From Bacteroidota bacterium (GTDB lineage Bacteria; Bacteroidota; Bacteroidia; Chitinophagales; Saprospiraceae), in the NCBI GenBank assembly GCA_038528965.1, contig JBCBEC010000022.1, forward strand, positions 4,640 through 68,639: DNA of 64,000 bases. The letters are read 5' to 3'. Shown here piece after piece: positions 30,735 through 41,014 of the stretch (the stretch's first letter is position 1; every line of letters starts with the position of its first letter). A model generated the notes under the pieces. It ran no database searches, had not been told where the DNA came from, and was given only the letters and a program-made list of their open reading frames with translations. A program made the position numbers and the translations under genes.

Positions 30735-33266
30735 ATGGTAACTTATCTGGTTTCATTGGCAGTCGTTCTAGCTTCCTTATATATAGTCTATCGCTTACTA
30801 TTTACTGTAGTAAGAGTTCCTTATGATCACGTGATTGTTCTTGAGCGCAAGGCACTTGGAGTATCTCCTGTCAATCAGCCATCACCTGAAATGCACGGTG
30901 TGGCTGTTAAAGAAAATCAGCCCGGAATATTGCCGGAAGTTATGATTTATGGTGAAAAGCGAAAAATCTTGTTTAAACCGCTGTGGAAAATTAATCCTCC
31001 TACGAAAGTCATAAAGGTGAAGGAGGGAAATATTGGCCTAGTAACTGCACTGAAGGGAAATAACAGGGCAGATCACAATACTCCTGAACCTATATCGAGT
31101 GATTTGTTTTCATATGCTCAAGCCTTCTTACTTCAAGGCGGGGAAGCAGGTATCCAGTGTGAATTCCTGACACCTAACGAGTATCCCAAAATAAATCCCC
31201 ACGTTTTTGATGTCAAAATGATTGATGTAATTGATGTGCCAAAAGGGAAAATAGGCCTTGTCTACGCAAAAAAGGGGCGCTTCAATGCGAATAGTTTTCC
31301 CCCAAAGGTAGTACCATGCAAAAATTATAGTAGTGCATCCCTATTTATTGAAAATGGCGGATACATGGGCTTACAACGAGACTATCTAACTCCTGGACAA
31401 CATGCTATTAATACAGAATTCTTCGAAATTAAGTTGGAAGATCAGACCGTTGTTCCGGACGGAGAGATTGCCATTGTCTTTTCAAAGTATGGTCGGGTTC
31501 TTGATCAAGGTCAAAGACTTGGGAGAAAAATAGAATGTGAATCCTTTGAAAAGGCTGATTTGTTCCTTAATAATGGGGGGCAAAGAGGTCCGCAAAGGTC
31601 CCATCTTACAGGAGGTGTTTACTTCATCAACACCGAAATATTCACGATTGTTACATCGAGAGAGTTGGAAAGTGATGAGCTTCAGTCCAAGATTAAAAAC
31701 GAGTACGGATTTCAGTTGCATCCGATACAGTTGAGGCCCATCGTTATTCAAAACGACGAAGTAGGTATCGTAACAACTCGAATTGGGAAGCCTCTTTTAG
31801 ATGATGACATAGCAGCACCAAAACTAAAAGACCTCAGCACGGATATTACTGTATTTCAAGATGCAGAAATGTTTGTTGAAGTTGGAGGATACAGTGGACT
31901 TCAACTGGAGCTACTCATGGCTGGCACATATTATATTAACCCCTTGTTTGCCACGGTAGAAAAAGCAAAGTTTGAATATGTTCCTGAAGACAAAGTCGGA
32001 GTCTTAATATCAAGTTATGGCAAGAATTTAGGTAGCGAACTGGAAAAGGAAGTAGCTCTAAATGAAGGCAGTTTTTCGACCAAAGTAATTAATGATCTAG
32101 AAGATGAGGTCGTGGGCCTACAAACTGATGAACAAGCTACAAAACAACGACAACTAGCCCTAGATAATCTCGGCAAAATGAGAAATAAATTAGTGCAACT
32201 GGGCTCTAGGGGCGTACTAAGCAATACGCTACCGACGGGTTATCACCCCATTAACACGAAGGTATTCAAAGTAGAAACAGTTCCTACCAATGAAATCATT
32301 TTGGAGTGGACAAACAAAGAAAAACCTCCTACCAATTATGATGCAGGACTAAATGCAATTGAGATATTTACCAAAGACAAATATAAGCTACAAGTCGAGG
32401 TTACACAGTCTATTAAGATTAATGAAGAAAATGCACCGGTAATGGTGGTCATGGTTGGAGCACAGGGAGAAGAAGATGCCACAGACGGTAGTATAAATAA
32501 TAAGTCTAAATCGATTAAAAGTCTAGTCTCAAAAGTCTTGGCAAGTTCCGTCCAACAGTTTTTTGTAAATGCAGCTGCGGCGTTCACTGCTTATGAATTT
32601 ATTGAAGCTGAGCAGGAAAAAATTCGGCACATTATTGCTCGCGATATCAAGACAGCCCTAATTGCTAGAGGGGTTACAGCCCTTAATACAACCTTTTCAG
32701 TTCTTGGTGATAGTATTCCCGAAGCTTTACAAGAACGGATAGCAGCTGAACAGGAGAATATTAATGAGATTGAAAATCTCAAATTAGAGTCCATAAAAAT
32801 TAAGCAAGAAGAAGAAACAGAAGTAGAACGACATCGCCTACAACGTCTTAAAGATCGTAATGAGTTGGAGGCCAAGAAAGACCAACAGAAAAAAACTGAT
32901 TTCATTATCGAAAGCGAGCTAAAAGAAAAACGGATTCGCGAAGAGTTAAGAATAGCTCTTGAGAAAGAAGACATTCAATTGGAAATGAATAAACTCAAAA
33001 CGGAAATAGAATTAAAAGGCGGCCCTGCACTCATGTCTCTGCCTGATATACTTAAGAATTTTCCCAAACAGCTAGAACATGTGCAAAATTTAGTGATTAG
33101 TGGAAGTGAGCTAAAGGGGATTACTGAGTTTTCAAATAATTTTGGCTTGCTACAAATGCTTCTACAGCAATTTAACATTCCTTATCAGTTTAACAACGAT
33201 TCATTGTCTGCACGGGAGACTATCAGTGATAGTAGTTCTGCTTCCACAGGTCCTAAAGATGCCTGA
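30735..33266 (+). CDS. Membrane-anchored protein with ~6 tandem SPFH-like repeat units and a Glu/Lys-rich flotillin-like coiled-coil C-terminus
   Basis: N-terminal TM 'VTYLVSLAVVLASLYIVYRLLF'. A repeated module 'F...GG..G.Q...LTPG.Y.IN...F.......V..G.IG.V.S.YG' occurs about 6 times. The motifs 'VVPDGEIAIVFSKYGRV' and 'L.PG.H.IN' echo the SPFH/band-7 N-terminal motifs. The C-terminus is E/K-rich coiled coil. Confidence 0.55.
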   Translation: MVTYLVSLAVVLASLYIVYRLLFTVVRVPYDHVIVLERKALGVSPVNQPSPEMHGVAVKENQPGILPEVMIYGEKRKILFKPLWKINPPTKVIKVKEGNIGLVTALKGNNRADHNTPEPISSDLFSYAQAFLLQGGEAGIQCEFLTPNEYPKINPHVFDVKMIDVIDVPKGKIGLVYAKKGRFNANSFPPKVVPCKNYSSASLFIENGGYMGLQRDYLTPGQHAINTEFFEIKLEDQTVVPDGEIAIVFSKYGRVLDQGQRLGRKIECESFEKADLFLNNGGQRGPQRSHLTGGVYFINTEIFTIVTSRELESDELQSKIKNEYGFQLHPIQLRPIVIQNDEVGIVTTRIGKPLLDDDIAAPKLKDLSTDITVFQDAEMFVEVGGYSGLQLELLMAGTYYINPLFATVEKAKFEYVPEDKVGVLISSYGKNLGSELEKEVALNEGSFSTKVINDLEDEVVGLQTDEQATKQRQLALDNLGKMRNKLVQLGSRGVLSNTLPTGYHPINTKVFKVETVPTNEIILEWTNKEKPPTNYDAGLNAIEIFTKDKYKLQVEVTQSIKINEENAPVMVVMVGAQGEEDATDGSINNKSKSIKSLVSKVLASSVQQFFVNAAAAFTAYEFIEAEQEKIRHIIARDIKTALIARGVTALNTTFSVLGDSIPEALQERIAAEQENINEIENLKLESIKIKQEEETEVERHRLQRLKDRNELEAKKDQQKKTDFIIESELKEKRIREELRIALEKEDIQLEMNKLKTEIELKGGPALMSLPDILKNFPKQLEHVQNLVISGSELKGITEFSNNFGLLQMLLQQFNIPYQFNNDSLSARETISDSSSASTGPKDA

Positions 33267-33547
33267 CTTAGCAAACTGAGGAGAAGAATCAGAAAGCACC
33301 ACTTCATCTAATGATTCACACGGGCGGCTGACTAGTAAATAATTCCATTTACAGTATTTAGAAAGATCACAACTATACTCTCTGCTGGTACGCATTGTTA
33401 TTTGTGTCGTTCCAGTATGCCAGGTTACTTGAGGTGTTTCCCGATGGCAAACTAACTATGTGGGACCGTTATTTATTTCGTCCTGTTAACTCTTACATGA
33501 TGGAATCAATAGGTTTCTGAATTTTAAAAATATCTAAAATAATAACT

Positions 33548-34918
33548 GTGTTTTCCAGAGTAATTAAGATCGATGATATCATTGCTGTTTCGGTGATTCT
33601 TGGCGGAGTCGTATTTCTCGTTTTTCGGGAAATGAGTCTTGGTATTCTCTCTTCTGGCCTTTTTATGGGAATCAGTCTCCTTATTAAATTCAGTGCTCGT
33701 AGGAAGAGCCTAGTCTTGGATTCAAATGCTGATTTTGCCGACGTTGAAGCAAGAGATATTTCAAGCTTTACAAGTTTTGTTTGTGAACTTGCAGGCGTAG
33801 ATCCATTACCCTTGAAGCAATACTTTCCGTATGAAATATCTAAGTACTTTGCTCTTGGGATGACAATCGTATTCACGGGAATTCTTGCTGCGGTTTCGGG
33901 AGGATATGCGATTTACAAAATATTTGATAACATCTATGCTAGTCTTTTGGTAGGGGTGCTTTGGGGGGCTTTAGTTGCTAATATTGATAGGGTAATGGTG
34001 ATGTCTATATCGAAATATCATTCACTTTTGGGGCAATTTATTCGTGCAATTCCTAGGATTCTGTTAGCTATCATCATTGCACTAGTGATCTCTAAGCCGA
34101 TTGAAGTTCGTTTTTTTGAAAACCGACTTCGAGCTGATCTAACTAAAATGAAAAGCCTTATTGATAGTACTAATATTAATAAGGCAACTAGTACTTTCAG
34201 GGTGGATGAAACTAGTCGTAGTCGTTCAATAGCACTGCAGGAAGTAAATGACATTAGGCAACAGCAACCCGATATTCCTGCTTTATTAAGCGATGAATTA
34301 GCCTTACAGCAAGGGGAATATAACCGGATAAGTCGAGATGTGCGATTTATCAGAAGCGAGCTACTCAAGCTACGAGGGGCTGATTCTCTTGGAAGGCAAC
34401 AGTATTCTAAAGTTCAAAATGAAATAGCCGACTATCAAGAGAGGTTAGGCCGTGAAGAGATAAGGCTTGGTAAGATAAATGATAGAATACTACAGATTCA
34501 AACCGAAGTTAAAGACATAATAAGCGCATTTAGAATTGATAATGAAAAAAAACTGACTGAAGCATCGCGTAGATTAGATTATTATGAAAAGGAAAAGTTC
34601 CGAATAGATTCTCTATTGAGCGGAGAAATAGGAACCATAAAAGCCAATAGTGCAGCTTTGTTTTCTAAAGGGACTTTTATGCTGGAGTTATTACTTTTAG
34701 AAGATTTAAAAAGGGAGGATAAATCGATTTTCTGGGTAAGTCTAGCTATATCACTATTGATGATCGCTGTAGAGACTATGCCAATTTTTGCTAAGCTATT
34801 GGCCCCAGCTGGGAGTTATGATTATTACCAAAAGTTTTTAACTGATCGTGTTAAAGCAGAAGCCAAAAGGCGCATCGAAGAATCTTGGCAACCACGACCC
34901 GACGAGGAGGAAGAATGA
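33548..34918 (+). CDS. Multi-TM membrane protein with long coiled-coil (DUF4407-like)
   Basis: Four N-terminal hydrophobic helices including 'LLVGVLWGALVANIDRVMVM', then ~250 aa of coiled coil and a C-terminal TM. Confidence 0.5.
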   Translation: MFSRVIKIDDIIAVSVILGGVVFLVFREMSLGILSSGLFMGISLLIKFSARRKSLVLDSNADFADVEARDISSFTSFVCELAGVDPLPLKQYFPYEISKYFALGMTIVFTGILAAVSGGYAIYKIFDNIYASLLVGVLWGALVANIDRVMVMSISKYHSLLGQFIRAIPRILLAIIIALVISKPIEVRFFENRLRADLTKMKSLIDSTNINKATSTFRVDETSRSRSIALQEVNDIRQQQPDIPALLSDELALQQGEYNRISRDVRFIRSELLKLRGADSLGRQQYSKVQNEIADYQERLGREEIRLGKINDRILQIQTEVKDIISAFRIDNEKKLTEASRRLDYYEKEKFRIDSLLSGEIGTIKANSAALFSKGTFMLELLLLEDLKREDKSIFWVSLAISLLMIAVETMPIFAKLLAPAGSYDYYQKFLTDRVKAEAKRRIEESWQPRPDEEEE

Positions 34919-35069
34919 ACAATGGACATTGTTAGCCTTGATGGTAAGTAGGTAAGGGCTGCCTCATCATTTTTAGTGAAGCATCTACATATAAATGACT
35001 AGAGACCGGTGCCTGGAACCCTCCTAAATTGCATTCCATAAATCACTCATTAATCTAAAATTTGATTTA

Positions 35070-37196
35070 ATGGAAGGTAATGGTCAATTGGAGAAGGGAT
35101 TTTTAGCGGATGCCGCTATGCTCCACGATAAATTTAATCGGCTAGAACGTTGTTTTGAGGTTGCTGCTGATTACATTGAAAATAGCGAGGATATAGCATT
35201 ACTTTTTGCCAGTAGCGATAATCGGGCTTTGATCAATTCACTAGCAGAACCTGAATTTCAGGTAGGGATTGCGGGCTGGTATTCTGCTGGGAAATCGACG
35301 CTTATAAATGCAATTTTCAAAAAGAAGAAATTCTTGCCAGAAGGGACTGCTCCAACTACAGCTTTTCCAACCTTTATCAGGAAATCTACTAATGGGAAGG
35401 AGCGTGCAAAAGTGACCTATCTTAGTGAATCAGATCGTAATAACTTAAAGCGAGAGTACGTCACTAATATTTTTGAAACATTAGCCTTGCCTAAAAATCA
35501 TCTAGAGCAACTGCTAGCATTACCGAATAAAGAAATGTTAGCAGGACTGGAAAAAATGATCGCTAGTAAAGGGGGAGAAAAGGCCCACAATAATTCTTTA
35601 CAGTGTCTGAAAGTACTCATCAAGCACTATGAGTCCGAACTTGACACGAACCCTGATCCTGTACCTATCGATAAGGCGTTACAAATTGATGAGAGTCATG
35701 ACAATAGTACAATCATTAAGCAAGTAGACATCTACCTAAATGATTTGCCCTATGATGACTATGTTGTTTTAGTAGATCTGCCGGGATTAGGCTCTAACAA
35801 CATTCGTCATGAACAGATTACTCGAGATATTGCTTTTCAGAGTGCTACTAAGTCTTTTGTTTTTGTATTTGCTGCCACGGGTACGGCTAACGGGGAATTA
35901 GAGGATTTTATTATAAGTTTAAACAATGAAAAGCTACCAATAAGCGATTCTTTTTGGGTGATTAATAAATGGACTGAGCAAGCTGCTAGTGAGCAAGTTC
36001 AAGAAAATTTTTTCCGGGATTGGCGTAAACGACAAGTAAAGATTCAGTCGGACCGCTTTTTTACTATCCCATACAGTGAACAGTTATTGGAAGATCCCAA
36101 TTTTGTGCGAAAGGTAGAGCTTTTCAAAGAACAGCTCTTTAGTTTTCTAATGCGGCAGGCCCAACGTGAATTTCTGGGTAAAGCAGAAAATCTGTACCAG
36201 CGCATTTCCAGTAAGATCGGTACAGCTTTGGTAAAAACAGAGCTACCAAAGAATGTGGACGATGATGTCTATATTTTCAACGAGAGTTCAAAATATTTTG
36301 ACCACTGGATCTCATTATTAGAATTCACCATTGATAGCGCATTAAAAAAGGCTTTCAAGAATGCAGATCTACCGGCATTCGACTTGCTCAAAACACCTGA
36401 TATAGAACAAATTGGAGTAGAAATTGAGCAGCAGTTTGACCTAGACGAGGCGGCGGAATTGGTTTTACTATCACGGCTGGTCAAACAAAGTGTTAATACT
36501 CCAGATTTTGTCAATATCTTGAGGGAAGTGCTGAATAAAGTAGACCCTGCCCAACTAGTGCGGGAACATTTGCAAAGTGATACTGCGCAAGCACTCATTC
36601 ACGAACTGTTCCAGCCTTTTACCGCTCTGACCAACCAAACCATAGCCATTGGTAGTAAGCAGCTTCCATTGTCAGACTTTATTCACAGAAGACTAGAAGA
36701 AATCATTAATGTGAATAGTATCCTATTCCGTATTGACGGAGTTGTGGACGCAGTGTACGTTCAGGTAGTCGATGAACTCATTGTTTTCTTAGCAGAGAAA
36801 TTCTTAACGGAGTTTATTAATGGTTCTACAACAGAAGCAACTGACAATACAAATACGACTCCGGCCATTTCCTCTGGGGTATATGAAGAGCGTACTAAGG
36901 CTATACTACAGGAAATACCTCGTTACATTGTTCGCTACCTTAAAGACAAACAGACTAATGTTAATCTACAACTCCGTAATACCCAACAAACCCACTTTAA
37001 ATACGTCAAATCACGCTTAGATCAACTTCTGAGAGAAGAAAGTTTTCGATCTACTGTTCGTATGATGATCATGGAAATCGTTAGGGCTGATGCCGCCCAT
37101 TATCTTGATTTAGACGATGCCAAGAAAAAAATTGATGCCATCCACGAACTCCAAAGCCTGGTGGCAAAGCGGGAACCTAACTTATCTCACACCTAA
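35070..37196 (+). CDS. Bacterial dynamin-like GTPase
   Basis: G1 'GIAGWYSAGKSTLINAIF', G2 region 'TAPTTAFPT', G3 'VLVDLPGLGS' (the dynamin DLPG), G4-like 'VINKWTE'. The 708-aa length with a long helical stalk is typical of BDLP/DynA-type proteins. Confidence 0.7.
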   Translation: MEGNGQLEKGFLADAAMLHDKFNRLERCFEVAADYIENSEDIALLFASSDNRALINSLAEPEFQVGIAGWYSAGKSTLINAIFKKKKFLPEGTAPTTAFPTFIRKSTNGKERAKVTYLSESDRNNLKREYVTNIFETLALPKNHLEQLLALPNKEMLAGLEKMIASKGGEKAHNNSLQCLKVLIKHYESELDTNPDPVPIDKALQIDESHDNSTIIKQVDIYLNDLPYDDYVVLVDLPGLGSNNIRHEQITRDIAFQSATKSFVFVFAATGTANGELEDFIISLNNEKLPISDSFWVINKWTEQAASEQVQENFFRDWRKRQVKIQSDRFFTIPYSEQLLEDPNFVRKVELFKEQLFSFLMRQAQREFLGKAENLYQRISSKIGTALVKTELPKNVDDDVYIFNESSKYFDHWISLLEFTIDSALKKAFKNADLPAFDLLKTPDIEQIGVEIEQQFDLDEAAELVLLSRLVKQSVNTPDFVNILREVLNKVDPAQLVREHLQSDTAQALIHELFQPFTALTNQTIAIGSKQLPLSDFIHRRLEEIINVNSILFRIDGVVDAVYVQVVDELIVFLAEKFLTEFINGSTTEATDNTNTTPAISSGVYEERTKAILQEIPRYIVRYLKDKQTNVNLQLRNTQQTHFKYVKSRLDQLLREESFRSTVRMMIMEIVRADAAHYLDLDDAKKKIDAIHELQSLVAKREPNLSHT

Positions 37197-37209
37197 AAAA
37201 ATAACACTT

Positions 37210-38106
37210 ATGTGGGTATGCAGTAATGATGCCACTCATCAGTTTCCAGAACGGACTGAAGATGGGTTTTGTCCGCATTGCAGTTTTCGGGGTACGCTAA
37301 TTCCCGAAGCCATCGACAAATTAGATGATCAACCGCAAGGAACAGTACCCAAAGGAGAGCAGGGGGAACAAAGAGATGTAGGCCTTTGCATTTTGTTGAT
37401 GGATGCTTCAGGTTCTATGTCAGAAAAACCATTTTCCAATGCTGAGTCTACTAAGGCAGAGTTGATTGCACGCTCAGCAGCTCGCGGCATCTTTGATCTA
37501 GAAAGCATGACCATGACTCAGAATGCTTACCTCTGTATTATCATGTTCGATGCTAACGTGAAGCAGATTGCTTTCGACACTGTATCTAATCTACTCAGAA
37601 AACACCACCGGGATCCTATTCGCTTTGAGCAGTTTTTACTGTCTAAACTGAAAGAAATGGGAGGAATGACTGATTTAAACAAGGCTTTACTAGCCGCCGA
37701 AGCACTAGCGAATAAGTTCTTGAACAAGTCTATTCCCTCTTTTCAGGACTACACAGTCATGAAGCATCGTATTATGAAAAAGGATGCGAAAACCATCAGT
37801 GTGCCCAATGTCCGTGTACTCCTCTACACAGATGGACATCACAATGCCACTGGAGAGGTTGTGGTAAACCCATTTCAGGGACAATCACCAGACTTACTAA
37901 TGGGAGCCTATTTTGGAGCAGCCTCAGATAAGGGCAATCAGCAATTAACGGCTATCCTAAGTGAATGCCCAGTACACGAAGGTGTTTTGCAACATTTCTT
38001 GTTTGATGACCCGACCAATGTGGGCTCCTTGCGTCATTTATTTAGGATGGCCTCTAACACTTCCGGTTTTTGTCCCAAGTGTATGAATATATCGGCAAGT
38101 GTATGA
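37210..38106 (+). CDS. von Willebrand factor A (vWA) domain protein with N-terminal zinc-ribbon
   Basis: N-terminal 'WVCSNDATHQ...FCPHCSF' is a Cys4-like ribbon. The MIDAS motif 'ILLMDASGSMSE' plus downstream 'LYTDGHHN' make up the vWA fold. It starts 14 nt after the dynamin-like gene. The ORF-track start at 37117 lies inside that gene and is rejected. Confidence 0.65.
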   Translation: MWVCSNDATHQFPERTEDGFCPHCSFRGTLIPEAIDKLDDQPQGTVPKGEQGEQRDVGLCILLMDASGSMSEKPFSNAESTKAELIARSAARGIFDLESMTMTQNAYLCIIMFDANVKQIAFDTVSNLLRKHHRDPIRFEQFLLSKLKEMGGMTDLNKALLAAEALANKFLNKSIPSFQDYTVMKHRIMKKDAKTISVPNVRVLLYTDGHHNATGEVVVNPFQGQSPDLLMGAYFGAASDKGNQQLTAILSECPVHEGVLQHFLFDDPTNVGSLRHLFRMASNTSGFCPKCMNISASV

Positions 38107-39791
38107 GAAAGCTATTATTTTTCCTCCCGCTGTGTATAAGCACAATTGGTACTGTGACGGCTCAAGCATACTACCAACTCCAATTGGATTATCAGACTGA
38201 TGTTTGGGTATATGAATACCTAGTGGGTAAGGATACCATTTATCTTCATCACAACGAGATCTTTTTAGCAAAAGAAGAAGAGCAAAGACAGGATACTATC
38301 TGCCTGCAATTTGCTCAAGAGTTTATCTGTATACCCGATAGCCTACTGAAGGAAATACACCCGAGATTATCGGCTACTGAATTTCGTGTTGACATAGATA
38401 CAATACAAGTTGGTGATGAAATTCATTTAGACTTCAGCGACATCCTCAGTGAAAGAACTCCTACCATCTGGATTTTACCTTACGGCGAGAGAAGTGCCTG
38501 GAAACGGTCATATAATGGCAGTAAAAGCTGCAATCTGACCAATACTCCATCTTGTAGAATATGGGCAAGGGGACTACCCTCTCTGTTCTATGAAAATGAC
38601 TCCCTTTTTATTCCGAAGACGGAAACAGTAAGCGTAGATTCAAATAGCCTAATTGAGCAGGAGCACCTTGAGCATCAATTGAACGCAACTCAGATTATCG
38701 TAAGCGACCTAGAAAAAGCATTGGAACAGAAAGAAAATCAGAGTAAAAAAGAACATCTTTTCTTCGTCTTACTTCTAGCGACCTCACTGTTTGGCTGTTA
38801 TTTTTTGTTTCAAAAAGTGGATCAACTCCGTATAGTCAATCGTGACCTACAGGCAGTAATAGCGGGGGTAAAGACTAATTATAGTAAAGAAATCCTTAAA
38901 CCGATAGCATTAACAGAACAAGTAACTTCAAAACGAACTTTCGGTATGGAAATACTTGTTTCGGCAGGCCCCCGAAAAATGTTCAGTACCGAGGATAATG
39001 ATCTTGACTTGGGAGAAGATATTGGGGGGTGCCTGCAGTTAGGCGATAGGCTATATTTCTGGGTGTTAGATGGGACGAGTCAGAGTGCTATTTTGCGCAA
39101 TTCCAAGCAAGAAGATCTGTTTTCGAGCCGCTATCTAGCGCAAAGTATTGCGGCTTTTCTTCAACAATCACTCCGACGTACTAATGGCCAATTACCAGTA
39201 CGTACTGCCTTGCTGGAGAGTATTGAAGGGGTTCGTCAGGAGTGGGAAAAAAACATCAACGCCTTGACGGAAGAGCGCAAAACAAAGATTCTCAATTTCT
39301 TAATTGACAATATTCACGCAACCTGTTCAACAACCGTACTGGTGGGGTGCCTAACTCTGGAGGGAGAACTGAAGTGCTGCCGTATTGGCGATTCCTTCCT
39401 GTTTGCCTACGACAAAAATGATGGTCTCGTACCCTCTGCTCTCTCCACCAAACCTGGAACCGAGCGCTATGATCGCCAATTTTTCCGATTACAGCGCACA
39501 ATTGGGGAAGACCAGGTAAAAGTTGTTAGCAATGAAATACAGCCTGAGTTTTGGTCCATTACGGATATTCAAAGGGTAGTTGTTGTTTCCGATGGAGTGG
39601 GAATATCAACCCGTACTTGGTTGAAGCATCTAGACGCCCTAAATAATCCGCAGAACTACCGATCAATTGTCGGTAAGATCCCGCAAGCAACCCAGGATGA
39701 CAAAACCTTTTTAATAGTGGAGATTATAGAACAACCCAACGAATCAGAATCGCTAAAGGTAGAACCTAATCATGAAAGTCAGGATATTTGA
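38103..39791 (+). CDS. Membrane-associated PP2C/SpoIIE-like serine/threonine phosphatase-domain protein
   Basis: Start taken at 'MRKLLFFLPLCISTIGTVTAQA' (signal). Its ATG overlaps the vWA stop (ATGA). There is a mid-protein TM 'LFFVLLLATSLFGCYFLF'. The C-terminal 'YFWVLDGTSQSA...VVVVSDGVG' resembles the PP2C metal-binding DG/SDG motifs. Confidence 0.5.
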   Translation: MRKLLFFLPLCISTIGTVTAQAYYQLQLDYQTDVWVYEYLVGKDTIYLHHNEIFLAKEEEQRQDTICLQFAQEFICIPDSLLKEIHPRLSATEFRVDIDTIQVGDEIHLDFSDILSERTPTIWILPYGERSAWKRSYNGSKSCNLTNTPSCRIWARGLPSLFYENDSLFIPKTETVSVDSNSLIEQEHLEHQLNATQIIVSDLEKALEQKENQSKKEHLFFVLLLATSLFGCYFLFQKVDQLRIVNRDLQAVIAGVKTNYSKEILKPIALTEQVTSKRTFGMEILVSAGPRKMFSTEDNDLDLGEDIGGCLQLGDRLYFWVLDGTSQSAILRNSKQEDLFSSRYLAQSIAAFLQQSLRRTNGQLPVRTALLESIEGVRQEWEKNINALTEERKTKILNFLIDNIHATCSTTVLVGCLTLEGELKCCRIGDSFLFAYDKNDGLVPSALSTKPGTERYDRQFFRLQRTIGEDQVKVVSNEIQPEFWSITDIQRVVVVSDGVGISTRTWLKHLDALNNPQNYRSIVGKIPQATQDDKTFLIVEIIEQPNESESLKVEPNHESQDI

Positions 39792-41007
39792 TAAAGAATA
39801 CAACTACACTTCTGATTACACTACGAATAGCGATAATTGGAAATTTCAGAACCGCGATGATTTTACGATTACGCCTGTCAAAATTGGCGGATACCCCTGC
39901 TTTATCAAGCGCTTTGAGCAGGAGCCACCGGGTATTAGCGGATTAAAACTATTAAGAGGTAAGTTTATCGAGAACCTGCCCATTGTGCATGATGTAGTGA
40001 CGGATCAGGAAGATAATAGGCCAGTCACCTATTTGTTTTTAGAATATCATCCTGGAAGGACCTTGACGGAACAGTTGCGAGAAGGCCTAGAAATTAGGCC
40101 ACAGGTTTTAGTAGAAGATTTGTATCAGGCACTCGCTGACTTGCACGAACTGGGTTTCTGGCATACTGATTTTTGCGAAAAAAATATCTACTATTCTTCG
40201 CGTGCCAAGCGATTCATAATCATTGACCTGGATAGTATAGAACACGTTTCTAATCTGCCAACACCTATTCCCCATGAGCCAGGTGGTTTACTAAATCAGG
40301 ATTTCGCCATCGTAGCTAGAAGTTTTCTCAACGAGTACATAGGCACCGACCACAAGTTGAACAAAGATCTATCTGGAGTGACGTTAAATTACTTTCAATT
40401 ACTCGTGCTGATCGCTAAACTTGGCTTTTATATCGAGCAAAAGCAATTGAATACAACCTTTAAGTATACTCTTAGTAATTTCGATGATTTGCACCATTAC
40501 ATGCACCATAAAGTATCAAAACCTGGCCAAGCCATTTTTAAAGCGGGAATCGCTCGGGAAGGAGGGAAACTGAGACGCAAAGAAGTGTTAGCTTTTGCGG
40601 ATGAAATACTTCCGTTAGGTACAGTATACATTCTATCAACGCGTAATCGGAAGGAAGTGATCTCCTCTCCTCAGATTCTATCTTTTTTAGCCAATGGTCA
40701 AAGCGGTAGAGTTAAGGTTCGGAGAGGTAAAAAAATACGAATATCCTGGAGTGTAAAATACGCTGATGAAGTACAATTCAATGAACAGGCTTATCACCAA
40801 TTGTGTCATCACATTAATATACCCGTACAACAGAATATGGAGCTGAATCTAATGGTAACGGGGACTGTAAATGGTGAATCCATTACGAATAAACAAACGA
40901 TTGTCGTGGAGATCAAACTTCCCTCAACTGGTACTTACTTATTGATCTTTTGTACCGTATTCATCCTGTTATTAATACTTTGGCTAGTTTTTTCTCCAAT
41001 AATTTAG
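39772..41007 (+). CDS. Ser/Thr protein-kinase-like protein with C-terminal TM anchor
   Basis: Catalytic-loop-like 'HTDFCEKNIYY' (HxDxxxxN) followed by 'IIIDLDS' (a DFG-equivalent). C-terminal hydrophobic 'LLIFCTVFILLLILWLVF'. Overlaps the upstream gene by 20 nt. Confidence 0.5.
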   Translation: MKVRIFDKEYNYTSDYTTNSDNWKFQNRDDFTITPVKIGGYPCFIKRFEQEPPGISGLKLLRGKFIENLPIVHDVVTDQEDNRPVTYLFLEYHPGRTLTEQLREGLEIRPQVLVEDLYQALADLHELGFWHTDFCEKNIYYSSRAKRFIIIDLDSIEHVSNLPTPIPHEPGGLLNQDFAIVARSFLNEYIGTDHKLNKDLSGVTLNYFQLLVLIAKLGFYIEQKQLNTTFKYTLSNFDDLHHYMHHKVSKPGQAIFKAGIAREGGKLRRKEVLAFADEILPLGTVYILSTRNRKEVISSPQILSFLANGQSGRVKVRRGKKIRISWSVKYADEVQFNEQAYHQLCHHINIPVQQNMELNLMVTGTVNGESITNKQTIVVEIKLPSTGTYLLIFCTVFILLLILWLVFSPII

Positions 41008-41014
41008 TCCGTAG

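Noticed and set aside
37117-37209. ORF-track start of the vWA gene inside the dynamin-like gene
   Set aside because: It would overlap the upstream gene by 80 nt and add a non-conserved leader. The Met at 37210 starts at the zinc ribbon, 14 nt after the upstream stop.
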